A stretch of 64,000 nucleotides of DNA from Acidimicrobiia bacterium (GTDB lineage: Bacteria; Actinomycetota; Acidimicrobiia; Spongiisociales; ZC4RG35). The notes under the pieces are model-generated. The model searched no databases, was not told the origin of the DNA, and worked only from the letters and a program-made list of their open reading frames with translations. Positions 18,233 to 28,717 of the stretch are shown here, piece after piece (positions within the stretch are counted from its first letter, which is position 1; the number at the start of each line of letters is the position of its first letter). The translations under genes and the position numbers were made by a program. The DNA is taken from NCBI GenBank assembly GCA_965215185.1, contig OZ244034.1:3008001-3072000 (forward strand), written 5' to 3'.

Positions 18233-20532
18233 CGATTGTAGGTGAGCGATTCCGCCGGACCGACGGTGAGCCCAAGGCGCGGGGCGAAGCCATCTTCGGC
18301 GTGGACTATCTGCCCCAGGGAACGATCCACGGCGTGCTGCTCCGGTCGCCGGTGCCCTCAGGCCGGATCGTCAAACTTGATGTGTCGGCGACTGAGCAGA
18401 TGCCCGGGGTTCGTGCCGTGGTGACCTCCGCCGACATGCCCGACAGCCTGGCCGGATGGGTGCTGCGCGAGCAGCCGATGTTCGCCCGGGATCGGGTCAG
18501 GTACGAGGGAGAGCCGGTGGCGGCAGTCGCCGCGGACACCCTCGAACAGGCCAGGCAGGCGCGCGACGCCATCGTCCTCGAGATCGAGGAGACCCCGGCC
18601 GTGGCCGACCTCGACTTCGCGTTGAGCGACGACTCGCCGCTGCTGCACCCCGACTGGGAGAGCTACGTGCCCATGCTGGGCGAGTACCCGAGACGTAGGA
18701 ACATCGCCGCCGAGTGCATCTCGGATCCCGAGGGTGTCGACGAGGCCTTTGCGACGGCCGACCGGATCATCGAGGACGAATACCGCGTGCAGCGGCAGTA
18801 TCAGGCGTACATCGAGCCCAAGGCAGCTGTCGTCATCTATCAGGGCGGCCGGTACGAGGTACACACGGCCCACCAGTTCCCGTTCAACGTGCGGGACCGT
18901 ATAGCTCAGTACCTGGACATCCGTCCCTCGCAGATCCGGGTGATAGGTCACACGATCGGGGGAGGGTTCGGAGCCAAGCTCGACGCCGGTATCGAGCCTC
19001 ACGCCTGCGCTCTGTCCAGGGCGGCCGGGGGTCTCCCGGTGAAGATCGTCAACAACCGTGCCGAGGACATGCTCACGTGTCCCTCCCGCGAGGACGCGGT
19101 TACCCGCATCAGGACGGCGCTCGACAAGGACGGCAACATGACCGCCCGCGAGCTCGTGGTGATCGCCGGCAACGGGGCCTACAGCGGTGAGATGCCCTGG
19201 CTGGCCTCCATCGCCCTGCACTGCGCGCGGGGCGTCTACAGGGCCGGACCGACCCGGGTCAAGTCCTGGCTCGTCTACACGAACACCGCTCCGACCGGCG
19301 CCTTCCGGGGTGTCAACGGTGCCTACCTCTACCATGCCGTCGAGCGGCATATGGACCACATCGCCGCCGAGTTGGGACGCGATCGGCGCGAGTATCGCCT
19401 CGAGCACCTGTTCCGGGCCGGTGAGGTGCTCCTCAACGGCCAGGTTCTCGACGACGCGGGCATCCTCCGGGAAGCCTTCGATGTCGTGGAGGGAGCCGCC
19501 CCCTGGAAGGAGCGGCTCGCCGCCACGGCCGGTCCGATGAAGGGGGTTGGTATCGGCGCCGCCTGGTGGGTCACCAATCCGATGCCCGGCACCGCGACCC
19601 TCAAGCTGAACGAGGACGGCACGATCGGTGTCATCACCGCCGCCACCGACAACGGCTCGGGCGCGGTGACGCTCGGCATCACCCAGATCGTGGCCGAGAA
19701 ACTCGGTGTGCAGCCGGAGGATGTGTACGTGACTATGCCGGACACCGACGTGGCAGGATTCGATGCCGGTTCGCAGGGGAGCCGCACGACCCGGATCGTC
19801 GGGAAGGCCGCCTCTATCGCCGCCGACGAGGTGATCGGTAAGATCAAGCAGACCGCCTCCGATCTTCTGGAGGCGGCACCCAGCGACATCGTCGTATCCG
19901 ACGGAAAGGCATACGTGGCGGGTTCGCCCGATGCGGGTCTCTCGCTTGCGGATGTGGCGGCCACGGCCACCTGGACGGTAGGTCCCATCCAGGGCACTGG
20001 TTCGTTCCTCACGCCCTTCCCCGATTTCAATCCCGGTTGCGCTACCGGACTCATGTTCCCGTCCTTCCCGACCCCCACCTATCACGTCCATCTGGCGGAG
20101 GTGGAAGTCGATCCGGTGACCGGAAACGTCAAGGTGACGAGGTACGTGGTGGCCCAGGAGGTGGGGAAGATAATCAGCCCCGACGGCGCCTACGGCCAGG
20201 TGTCGGGTGGTGTGACCCAAGGCATCGGCTACGCCCTGTACGAGAGCCTCGCCATCGGTGAGGACGGGCGTTACAAGGAGAGGAACCTCGAGAACTACCG
20301 ACTGCCCCTGGCCGTCGACATTCCCCGGGTCGAGTTCTTCCCTCTGGAGCATCCCGATCCGGACGGACCCTTCGGCGCCAAGGGAGTCGGCGAGAACTCC
20401 GTACTCCTGGGCGGCGCGGTGATAGCGAACGCGGTAGCCGATGCCGTAGGCGCGCCGTTCGATCAGCTGCCCATAAAGCCGGAAGCGGTCTTGAAGGCGA
20501 TCGCAGCCAAGCGTGAGGCACCTGTGGCATGA
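18229..20532 (+). CDS. Xanthine dehydrogenase family molybdopterin-binding (large) subunit
   Basis: GGGFGAK, AFRG, GSR, GAKGVGE. Confidence 0.95.
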   Translation: MTIVGERFRRTDGEPKARGEAIFGVDYLPQGTIHGVLLRSPVPSGRIVKLDVSATEQMPGVRAVVTSADMPDSLAGWVLREQPMFARDRVRYEGEPVAAVAADTLEQARQARDAIVLEIEETPAVADLDFALSDDSPLLHPDWESYVPMLGEYPRRRNIAAECISDPEGVDEAFATADRIIEDEYRVQRQYQAYIEPKAAVVIYQGGRYEVHTAHQFPFNVRDRIAQYLDIRPSQIRVIGHTIGGGFGAKLDAGIEPHACALSRAAGGLPVKIVNNRAEDMLTCPSREDAVTRIRTALDKDGNMTARELVVIAGNGAYSGEMPWLASIALHCARGVYRAGPTRVKSWLVYTNTAPTGAFRGVNGAYLYHAVERHMDHIAAELGRDRREYRLEHLFRAGEVLLNGQVLDDAGILREAFDVVEGAAPWKERLAATAGPMKGVGIGAAWWVTNPMPGTATLKLNEDGTIGVITAATDNGSGAVTLGITQIVAEKLGVQPEDVYVTMPDTDVAGFDAGSQGSRTTRIVGKAASIAADEVIGKIKQTASDLLEAAPSDIVVSDGKAYVAGSPDAGLSLADVAATATWTVGPIQGTGSFLTPFPDFNPGCATGLMFPSFPTPTYHVHLAEVEVDPVTGNVKVTRYVVAQEVGKIISPDGAYGQVSGGVTQGIGYALYESLAIGEDGRYKERNLENYRLPLAVDIPRVEFFPLEHPDPDGPFGAKGVGENSVLLGGAVIANAVADAVGAPFDQLPIKPEAVLKAIAAKREAPVA

Positions 20533-20551
20533 GCCGGGACGTGCCGGAGTC

Positions 20552-20794
20552 ATGCGGAAGGAGGACCCGCCACTGAAGTTCGGATAGTTGTGCAGCCACG
20601 AGTCGTACCAACCCGAACGCCTCGTGCGATACACCCTCGTCGACGGGGCCGAAGTCCTGATAGAGACCTACAAGCCACTCGTGCATGAGATTGACGCCGA
20701 CTACGTATCCCTCCAAGTGGCGAGCAAGCAACCGGAGAGGACCATAGAGATACACCGCAAGGAAGTACTGCCCGAGTTGCGTAGTCCCTTGTAG
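20552..20794 (+). pseudogene. Internally deleted LLM/F420-dependent dehydrogenase remnant
   Basis: LKFG*LCSHESYQPERLV (FGD-like N-terminus with a TAG) joined directly to ...KEVLPELR C-terminus. Confidence 0.65.
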
Positions 20795-20845
20795 GGACCG
20801 ATATCACTCTGGGTTCAGGTGGATCTCCAGGATCCCGGCCGACTC

Positions 20846-21322
20846 CTAAGCTCGCAGCCGCCCTGCGGCGTCAAGGACCGAGTCGATGACGAACTGGTAG
20901 CCCGTGCACCGACACAGGTTGCCGGACAAACGCTCGCGAACCTCGGCTTCCGACGGGTTGGGAGACTCCCTGAGAAGTTCTGTTGCGGTGATCAGGATTC
21001 CAGAGGTGCAGAACCCGCACTGGAGTCCATGGTTGTCCCGGAACGCTTCCTGCAGCGGGTTCAACCTGCCGTTCTCCGCCAAACCCTCGACCGTGGTAAT
21101 GGTGCTTCCATCGGCCTGCACAGCGAGCATCAGACACGAGCGAGCCGAGACGCCATCGACCAGGATCGTGCACGCGCCGCAAACTCCGTGCTCGCAGCCG
21201 AGATGAGTTCCCGTCAGTCCGCACTCGTGGCGGATGAAATCCGCCAGCGTCAGCCGCGCCTCGCAAACACCCTCATACCGATGACCGTTGATCGTCATGC
21301 TCACAGTCTGCATGTCGCTCAT
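20846..21322 (-). CDS. Mo-hydroxylase 2Fe-2S subunit (CoxS-like)
   Basis: GCEHGVCGACT, QCGFCT, NLCRCTGY. Confidence 0.95.
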   Translation of the reverse strand: MSDMQTVSMTINGHRYEGVCEARLTLADFIRHECGLTGTHLGCEHGVCGACTILVDGVSARSCLMLAVQADGSTITTVEGLAENGRLNPLQEAFRDNHGLQCGFCTSGILITATELLRESPNPSEAEVRERLSGNLCRCTGYQFVIDSVLDAAGRLRA

Positions 21323-22197
21323 CCCACACCCCCCTTCGCTCGTTCGACCGCTTGAATCAGGGCACGTCTCACGAACACCCGGGTCATGTCCCTCCGGTAC
21401 GCCTCGGACCCATGGATATCCCCAACGGGATTCACTGCTCCGGCGGCCGCCTGGGCCGCAGCCTCGATCGCTTCGTCTGATGGCTCTGTGCCGAGCAGAC
21501 CGGATTCGGCGTCGCGCGACCTGGCCGGAGCCGCCTCGACACCTCCGAGGGCGATCCGGGCCATGTCACACCTCCCGTTCCGGTCCAGATGCACCACCGC
21601 CATCGCGATCACGATGGCGAAGTCACCATGACGCCGAGCAAGCTCGGTAATCGCGGCCCCGGTTCCGTCAGCAGAGCACGGAACCCTGACCGAGGTGATC
21701 ATTTCAGTCGGTGCGAGTTCAGTGGTCATCGGACCGACCACAAGGTCGTCAGCCTGGACCGTTCGCGTGCCGTCGGAACCTTCGACCACTACCTCACCAT
21801 CGAGAGCGAGCAGGGCAACCGGGAGTTCGGCTGCCGGATCAGCGTGGGCGAGGCTACCGCCGATCGTACCCCGATTCCGGATGGTGACGTGTCCGACATG
21901 GCCGAGCGTCTCCGCCAACACCGGCACGTTGTCACGGACCAACCGGCTGGTCTCGACGGTCCGCTGCCTGGTCATAGCACCGATCACGATGTGCCCGTTG
22001 TCCTCCCCGATGTGGTCGAGGTCGGTCGCCGGGTTCAGGTCGATCAGAACTCCGGGTTGGACCAAGCGGTAGCTCATCAACGGCACCAGGCTCTGGCCGC
22101 CGGCGAGGAGCTTGGCTTCGTCGCCGTGCTCGCCGAGGAGGGCGACTGCATGTTCGCGCCCCTCGGCTCGCTGATACTTGACTGACGGTGGCTTCAT
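21319..22197 (-). CDS. Mo-hydroxylase FAD subunit (CoxM-like)
   Basis: AGGQSL, RNRGTIGGSLAHADP, RRHGDFA. Confidence 0.94.
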   Translation of the reverse strand: MKPPSVKYQRAEGREHAVALLGEHGDEAKLLAGGQSLVPLMSYRLVQPGVLIDLNPATDLDHIGEDNGHIVIGAMTRQRTVETSRLVRDNVPVLAETLGHVGHVTIRNRGTIGGSLAHADPAAELPVALLALDGEVVVEGSDGTRTVQADDLVVGPMTTELAPTEMITSVRVPCSADGTGAAITELARRHGDFAIVIAMAVVHLDRNGRCDMARIALGGVEAAPARSRDAESGLLGTEPSDEAIEAAAQAAAGAVNPVGDIHGSEAYRRDMTRVFVRRALIQAVERAKGGVG

Positions 22198-24578
22198 GAC
22201 GACACCTCCCCGTTCTCTGCGTGCCGTATCTTCTCGAGGAGACGCATGGGGGTCATCGGGAACCTCGTAACGGTGACACCGATGTCGGAGAGCGCGTCAT
22301 CGATAGCCGAACCGACCAACGAGACACCGGCGATCGTGCCCGACTCGCCCACGCCTTTCATCCCACCGGGAATGTGCGGCGATGGCGTCTCCTGGTGGAT
22401 GACCTTGAACGGCGGGATTTCCATGGCGGTCGGGATCAGGTAGTCCATGAAACTCGTGGTCAGCAACTGACCCTCTTCGTCATAGACGAGTTCTTCGAAC
22501 AGCGCCCCTCCGAAGGCCTGCGTGAATCCGCCCGCCAACTGTCCATCGACGAGCAGCGGGTTGATCACCGTCCCACAATCGTCGGTCTGTACGAAATCGA
22601 GGAGTTTCACCACGCCGGTCTCGCGGTCCACTTCGACGAGCAAAGCGGCGCAGCCGAACGAGGTCGCCATGTTCTCGGGGTCGTAGACATCGGTTTCTTC
22701 GAGCGTCGGCGTCTCGTCCATGGGAAGGCGCCCGTTGAGGCGCCGGTACGCAGCATCGCCCACCTCCTGCATGGAGACGGTCTGGCCGGGTGAACCCTTC
22801 ACCGAGATGATGCCGCTCTCGATCACGAGGTCGGCCGGGGAAGCCTCCATGAGTTCAGCGGCAATCCGGAAGACCTTCTCCTTAAGCCTGGCCGTCGCTC
22901 TGATGATCGCTCCGCCGCCCAGCGGCGCGGCCCGGCTCCCACCGGTTCCGTAGCCCGTGTACGGGCACGAATCCGTGTCGCCGGTAACGACTTTGACATC
23001 CTCGATCGGCACCCCGAGCCCGTCCGCAGCGATCTGGGCATAGATCGTATGGGTACCTTGACCCATATTGATCTGACCGCTGTAGACGGTCACCTTGCCC
23101 ATCGGGTCGATCCGAACGACCTCTTCGTCGAACCCCGAGTGCTGCAGCCCGACCAGATTGAGGATCCGGCTCGGCCCGTACGCGCTGGGCTCAATATGGA
23201 ACGAGTACCCGATTCCCAGCGACCGGCCGTCGGCGCGGGCATCGGCTTGGCGTTGACGCCACCCGAGTTCGTCGACCGCGGACAGGGTCGAGTCCAGCGC
23301 GTCGGCATAACGCCCGCTGTCGTATGTAAAGGCGACGCCGCTGAAGTGCGGGAACTCCTCCGGCGTGGGAAAGTTCATCCTGCGCACCTCGTTGGGGTCC
23401 AATCCCAGTTTCCGAGAAGCGATCTCGAGCAGGCGCTCGTGCACGATGTTCCCGTTCTGCACACCCCAGGCTCGGAACGATCCGAAGGGTGAACGATTGG
23501 TCATCACGGGTTTCACCGTCACATTGATGTTGGGGATCTTGTATGGACCCATGCAGGTCAGGGTCGACGCCCAGGCGGGCCCGGATCCGACAGTGCCGAG
23601 GGCGCCTCCCATCACTCCATATGTGGTACCGCGCAGACCGGTGATGGTGCCGTCGCTCTTGAATGCCATCTCGTAATCGAGCCGCATCTCGCGCGAATGC
23701 ACCGTTGCGAAGAAGCTGTCACGACGGTCCTCTACCAGTTTGACAGGACGACCCGTGCGCCTGGAGAGCACCGAGGCCATCACCTCCTCGCCATAGAAAT
23801 CGAACTTGTTTCCGAACCCGCCGCCCAGATCCGGGGTTCGGACCCGGATGTGGTTGACAGGCATTTCGAACACCTCGGATAAGAGATCACGGGCCAGGTT
23901 GGGCGATTGGGTAGAAATCCACACATCGAGCGTCCCCGCGAACGGATCCCACGACGCGATGCAACCCCTCGGTTCGAGTGGACACCCCAAGGCCCGACCG
24001 TGCTCAAGTATTTCCCCGACGACCAGGTCGGCCTCGGCGAAAGCGGATGCAGCGTCACCGAACTCATAGGTCAGAGATCCGCTGACGTTGTCCGGCCAGT
24101 CGTCGTAGATCTTGGGTCCGCCTTCGGCCAGAGCGACATCGAGGTCCGCGACGACAGGTAGAGGCTCGTACTCGACATTGATGAGGGCGAGTGCATCCTC
24201 GGCGACGTACCGGTTCGCCGCGGCGATCACAGCAACGGCTTGGCCGACCCACCGAACGCGATCAACCGCCAACGCGTGGAAGCGCGCCATACGTTGCCCT
24301 GGAATCGGGTGCCAGATGATCGGTTGCTCGTTTGCGACTGCGGCGAGGTCCTGGCCGGTGACTACATCGAACACGCCCGGCAGCGCACGAGCTTCTGCGA
24401 CATCGATGCTGGTGATGTCGGCGTGTGCGTAAGGACTGCGTAGGACAGTTGCCTCGAGCATACGGGGTACGGATATGTCGTCGATGTATTGGCCGTTCCC
24501 CGCGAGAAGACGAGGATCCTCCCGACGTCGGACTGATGACCCGACGAACTTGCTCGGAGCACTCTCGGTGACGGTCAT
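22194..24578 (-). CDS. Mo-hydroxylase large subunit (CoxL-like, not form I)
   Basis: GGGFGNK, active-site loop SFRAWG, MGQG, GMKGVGE. Confidence 0.93.
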   Translation of the reverse strand: MTVTESAPSKFVGSSVRRREDPRLLAGNGQYIDDISVPRMLEATVLRSPYAHADITSIDVAEARALPGVFDVVTGQDLAAVANEQPIIWHPIPGQRMARFHALAVDRVRWVGQAVAVIAAANRYVAEDALALINVEYEPLPVVADLDVALAEGGPKIYDDWPDNVSGSLTYEFGDAASAFAEADLVVGEILEHGRALGCPLEPRGCIASWDPFAGTLDVWISTQSPNLARDLLSEVFEMPVNHIRVRTPDLGGGFGNKFDFYGEEVMASVLSRRTGRPVKLVEDRRDSFFATVHSREMRLDYEMAFKSDGTITGLRGTTYGVMGGALGTVGSGPAWASTLTCMGPYKIPNINVTVKPVMTNRSPFGSFRAWGVQNGNIVHERLLEIASRKLGLDPNEVRRMNFPTPEEFPHFSGVAFTYDSGRYADALDSTLSAVDELGWRQRQADARADGRSLGIGYSFHIEPSAYGPSRILNLVGLQHSGFDEEVVRIDPMGKVTVYSGQINMGQGTHTIYAQIAADGLGVPIEDVKVVTGDTDSCPYTGYGTGGSRAAPLGGGAIIRATARLKEKVFRIAAELMEASPADLVIESGIISVKGSPGQTVSMQEVGDAAYRRLNGRLPMDETPTLEETDVYDPENMATSFGCAALLVEVDRETGVVKLLDFVQTDDCGTVINPLLVDGQLAGGFTQAFGGALFEELVYDEEGQLLTTSFMDYLIPTAMEIPPFKVIHQETPSPHIPGGMKGVGESGTIAGVSLVGSAIDDALSDIGVTVTRFPMTPMRLLEKIRHAENGEVSS

Positions 24579-24993
24579 ACTTAGTCTCCTGTGCTGGTCG
24601 CGTCGTTCGGTGTGTGAGTGTAATAGGAGCGCGAAACCGGCGTCCCGTCCAGCGGCGAAGTATTTTGCAGTTCCTGCAAGCCTGGACCGGAGGTCGCTGG
24701 GGCCCGCCTCAAACTCGATCCAGGCTTGGGCCGCTCACAATCACCGGCAACCCGACGGCGTAGGAAGCGGCCAACCATCCCACTACCAATCCTGTCATCC
24801 GCCTCTGCGGGAGGGACGACCAGTTGTCGGCTCGGCGAGCCTAGGCCGGTGGTCGATTATCGACCGAACCTGCACCAGTTGGCGGCGTTGAGCAACCCAT
24901 ACGCCGATTTGACGGACATGTAACCAACGAATCCCGACGTAGATGGGCTGTCGGTGCTAGAAAAGGGGGTAGCGAACGCAGGAGGTTAGGTAG

Positions 24994-25869
24994 GTGTATC
25001 CATCCGCATTCGACTACTCGGCTCCCGAGTCCCTCGACGAGGCGCTGGCCACCCTCGGCGAGGTAGGGGACGAGGGTCGGGTTCTGGCCGGAGGTCAGAG
25101 CCTCATCCCGATGATGAAGCTCAGACTGGCGGTGCCTGACCACCTCGTCGACATCAACGGTGTGTCCGAGTTGTCATACATAAGCGAATCGAACGGCGAT
25201 CTGGCCGTAGGCGCCCTCGCCCGCCACGCCGATATCGCCGCGTCCGATCTGGTGAGCCGTACCAACAGCACCATGGCGTCGGCCGCGCCGTGGATATCCG
25301 ATCCCCTGGTGCGCAACCGGGGCACCTTGTGCGGTTCGGTGGCCCACTGTGACCCCGAGGGCGACTGGAACTCGGTCATGCTGGCGGTGGGCGCCTCGGT
25401 GGTGGCCCGCTCGTCGTCGGGAGAGAGGGTGATACCGATCTCCGACTTCGTGGTGGACTTCTTCACCAACGCTCTCGACCCGGGGGAGATGGTCACCGAG
25501 GTGAGGGTGCCCAAATACTCGGGTCCGGCTGGTGGCGCGTACCTCAAGCTGGAGCGCAAGATCGGCGACTACGCCACCGTAGGTGTGGCGACCCATCTCG
25601 TTCTCGACGGCTCGGGCAACGTGGCGGAGGCCGGCTTGGGCCTCACCGCCGTTTACGGGCACAACCTCAAGGTGACCGAGGCCGAGGCGATGATGGTGGG
25701 ACAGACTCCCGGAGACGAACTCTTCTCCGAGGCCGCGGCGATCGCAGCCCGGACCTGCGATCCGGACAGCAATGTGAGGGGTCCGGCCGAGTACAAGCGG
25801 GCGGTGGTCGCCGAATACACCCGGCGCGGCTTCGCCCAGGCACTGGCAGCGGCGCGAGGGGAGGGCTGA
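24994..25869 (+). CDS. coxM: Aerobic CO dehydrogenase medium subunit
   Basis: AGGQSLIPMMKLR, ERKIGDYA; first gene of the MSL operon. Confidence 0.92.
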   Translation: MYPSAFDYSAPESLDEALATLGEVGDEGRVLAGGQSLIPMMKLRLAVPDHLVDINGVSELSYISESNGDLAVGALARHADIAASDLVSRTNSTMASAAPWISDPLVRNRGTLCGSVAHCDPEGDWNSVMLAVGASVVARSSSGERVIPISDFVVDFFTNALDPGEMVTEVRVPKYSGPAGGAYLKLERKIGDYATVGVATHLVLDGSGNVAEAGLGLTAVYGHNLKVTEAEAMMVGQTPGDELFSEAAAIAARTCDPDSNVRGPAEYKRAVVAEYTRRGFAQALAAARGEG

Positions 25870-26330
25870 TGCAGATCACCACCACCGTAAACGGGACCAG
25901 CGAGACCAGGGATGTCGAGCCCCGTCGCCTGCTGGTCGACTTCATCCGTACCGACCTCGGCCTGACCGGCACCCACATCGGCTGCGACACGACTTCGTGC
26001 GGGGTCTGCACGGTGCTGTTCGACGGCCGGCCGGTCAAGTCCTGCACGATGTTCGCTGTCCAGGCCGACGGCAGGGAGATCACCACCGTGGAGGGCCTCG
26101 GGCAGAACGGGGGCCTGCACCCGGTCCAGGCGGCGTTCAAGCAGCATCACGGACTGCAGTGCGGCTTCTGCACGCCGGGCATGATGCTGGTGGGCGCCTC
26201 ACTACTAGAGAGCAACCCCACGCCGACCGACGACGAGGTTCGCTGGGCGATCTCCGGCAATCTCTGCCGCTGTACGGGATACATGAACATCGTGACTGCC
26301 ATCCAGGCAGCCGGTGGAGAGGGGAGCTGA
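25869..26330 (+). CDS. coxS: Aerobic CO dehydrogenase small subunit
   Basis: GCDTTSCGVCT, QCGFCTPG, NLCRCTGY. Confidence 0.94.
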   Translation: MQITTTVNGTSETRDVEPRRLLVDFIRTDLGLTGTHIGCDTTSCGVCTVLFDGRPVKSCTMFAVQADGREITTVEGLGQNGGLHPVQAAFKQHHGLQCGFCTPGMMLVGASLLESNPTPTDDEVRWAISGNLCRCTGYMNIVTAIQAAGGEGS

Positions 26331-26331
26331 C

Positions 26332-28704
26332 ATGACGACAGTTCGCGAGCTACGCACCAGCCCCGAGGTGGGCGGGGTCGGCCACTCGGTGCTTCGCAAG
26401 GAGGACGACCGGTTCATCAGGGGCGCCGGCAACTATCTCGACGACCTCACCCTTCCCGGCATGCTGCACATGGCTATCCTGCGGTCCCCCGTGGCTCATG
26501 CCCGGATAGTGTCCATCGACTCCTCGGAAGCGATGGCCCTCGACGGCGTGCTGGCGGTCGTTACCGGTGAGGCTCTGGCGGCGCACGGGCTGGCCTGGAT
26601 GCCGACTCTGTCGGGCGACACGCAGGCCGTTCTTGCCACCGACAAGGTTCGGTTCCAGGGCCAGGAGGTCGCGGCGGTCATCGCCACCCATCCCTACATC
26701 GCCCGCGACGCCCTCCCGTTGATCGATGTCGACTACGAGGAACTCGAGGCGATCACCACGCCCCAGCAGTCCCTCGGCACTGACACCCTGATCCGGGACG
26801 ACAAGGAAGGTCAGACCGACAACGTCGCCTACACATGGGCGGCGGGTGATCAGGACTCCACGGACTCCGCCTTCGCGGCCGCAGCCAGGGTGGTGAGCCT
26901 CGACACCCACTACCCGCGGTCCCATCCGGCGCCGCTGGAGACGTGCGGGGTGGTCGCGGATGTCAACTCGATCACCGGGCAGTGCAACATCTACATGACC
27001 AGCCAGGCGCCCCACGCCATCAGGACGGTATTCGCCCTGGTAGCGGGGCTCCCGGAGGAGAAGATCCGGATCATCACGTGCGACATCGGCGGAGGCTTCG
27101 GCAACAAGGTGCCGGTGTATCCGGGGTACGTGGTGGCCACGGCCGCCTCGCTGTTGATCGGCAAGCCGGTCAAGTGGATCGAGAGCCGCACCGAGAACCT
27201 GATCTCCACCGGTTTCGCCCGCGACTTCCACATGCACGCCGAGTTGGCGCTGGACGGGGACAACCGGATCACCGCCATGCGGGCCGACATCCTCTCCGAC
27301 CAGGGTGCTTTCTTCTCGGACGCGCAGCCCAGCAAGTTCCGGGCCGGATTGTTCCACATCTGCACGGGCAGCTACGACTTCCCATCCGCTCATGTCACGG
27401 CCAAAGGCGCCTACACGAACAAGGCGCCCGGCGGGGTGGCCTACCGGTGCTCGTTCCGGGTGACCGAGGCCTCCTACCTGATCGAGCGGTTGGTGGACAA
27501 CGCCGCCCATGAGGTGGGGATGGACCCGACTGACTTCCGGGCCCTCAACTTCATCAACGCCGACCAGTTCCCCTACCTGTCGCCCACCGGGTTCGTCTAC
27601 GACTCGGGCGATTACCACGGGGCGATGGACCTGGCGAAGGAGATCATCGACTACGACGGTTGGCGGGCCCGCCAGGCGGAGCAGAACGCCGATCCCGACG
27701 CCACCAAGCTGATCGGTATCGGGGTGGCCTCCTTCACCGAGGTGGTGGGCGCCGGTCCCTCCCGCGAGTACGACATCCTGGGCCTCAAGATGTTCGACTC
27801 GGCCGAGTTACGGGTCCATCCGACCGGCAAGGCCATCCTGAAACTGGGTGTCCAGACCCAGGGCCAGGGGCACGAGACCACCTTTGCCCAGATCGTGGCC
27901 GAGGAGCTCGGGATCCCGTACTCGGACATCAAGGTCCAGTACGGCGACACCGACAACACGCCCTACGGCCTCGGTACGTACGCGTCTCGCTCCACCCCGG
28001 TGGGCGGGGCCGCCACGGCGATGGTCTCCCGCAAGCTGCGGGCCAAGGGCCAGAAGCTGGCCGCCCACCTGCTGGAGGCCGCCGAGGAGGACCTCGAGTG
28101 GGAGCCCGGCAAGTTCACCGTGCGTGGCACCGACCAGAGCGTCACCATCCAGGATGTGGCCTTCGCCGCCTACACCAACCATCCGGAAGGTATGGAGGCA
28201 GGTCTCGAAGGCGTCACCTACTACGACCCGCCCAACATGACCTACCCGTTCGGCACCTACATCGTGGTGGTGGAGGTCGACACCGGCGACGGGACGTGGA
28301 AGGTGCTGGACATGGCGGCGGTGGATGACTGCGGCGTGCGCATCAACCCGATGATCGTGGACGGCCAGATCACCGGCGGCCTTACCGAAGGGTTCGCCAA
28401 GGCCAACATGCAGTGGATCACGTTCGACGACGACGGCAACTGCATCGGGTCCAACTTTATGGACTACCTGGTGCCGACGGCGTGGGAGACGCCCAAGTAC
28501 AAACTGGGCGAGACCGTCACCCCGTCGCCCCATCACCCGATCGGGGCCAAGGGCGTGGGCGAGTCGGCCACGGTGGGTTCGCCGGCCGCTTTCACCAACG
28601 CGGTGATCGACGCTCTCTGGTCCAGGGGCGTGTCCAACATCGACATGCCGGTGCTTCCGCACCGCGTGTGGGGCGCGCTCAACGGTGTGGAGGCGGGTCC
28701 CTGA
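26332..28704 (+). CDS. coxL: Aerobic CO dehydrogenase large subunit, form I
   Basis: Diagnostic VAYRCSFR loop; M-S-L gene order. Confidence 0.97.
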   Translation: MTTVRELRTSPEVGGVGHSVLRKEDDRFIRGAGNYLDDLTLPGMLHMAILRSPVAHARIVSIDSSEAMALDGVLAVVTGEALAAHGLAWMPTLSGDTQAVLATDKVRFQGQEVAAVIATHPYIARDALPLIDVDYEELEAITTPQQSLGTDTLIRDDKEGQTDNVAYTWAAGDQDSTDSAFAAAARVVSLDTHYPRSHPAPLETCGVVADVNSITGQCNIYMTSQAPHAIRTVFALVAGLPEEKIRIITCDIGGGFGNKVPVYPGYVVATAASLLIGKPVKWIESRTENLISTGFARDFHMHAELALDGDNRITAMRADILSDQGAFFSDAQPSKFRAGLFHICTGSYDFPSAHVTAKGAYTNKAPGGVAYRCSFRVTEASYLIERLVDNAAHEVGMDPTDFRALNFINADQFPYLSPTGFVYDSGDYHGAMDLAKEIIDYDGWRARQAEQNADPDATKLIGIGVASFTEVVGAGPSREYDILGLKMFDSAELRVHPTGKAILKLGVQTQGQGHETTFAQIVAEELGIPYSDIKVQYGDTDNTPYGLGTYASRSTPVGGAATAMVSRKLRAKGQKLAAHLLEAAEEDLEWEPGKFTVRGTDQSVTIQDVAFAAYTNHPEGMEAGLEGVTYYDPPNMTYPFGTYIVVVEVDTGDGTWKVLDMAAVDDCGVRINPMIVDGQITGGLTEGFAKANMQWITFDDDGNCIGSNFMDYLVPTAWETPKYKLGETVTPSPHHPIGAKGVGESATVGSPAAFTNAVIDALWSRGVSNIDMPVLPHRVWGALNGVEAGP

Positions 28705-28717
28705 ACTTTAGGGCTCG

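Noticed and set aside
18358-20634. 758-aa antisense ORF (and similar ones at 26350, 35354, 42867, 57163, 62049)
   Set aside because: Shadow frames opposite well-supported genes; expected in high-GC coding DNA and without recognisable motifs
18229-24578. Calling the first two large subunits CO dehydrogenases
   Set aside because: They lack the AYxCSFR copper-binding loop; only 26332..28704 has it
12578-24851. Shared 16-mer CGAGCCTAGGCCGGTG (12578, 24836) and 13-mer GGAGGTTAGGTAG (12791, 24981)
   Set aside because: Matches of this length are near chance expectation in 64 kb of GC-rich DNA; they contain a TAGGCT -10-like hexamer and an RBS, which explains the similarity
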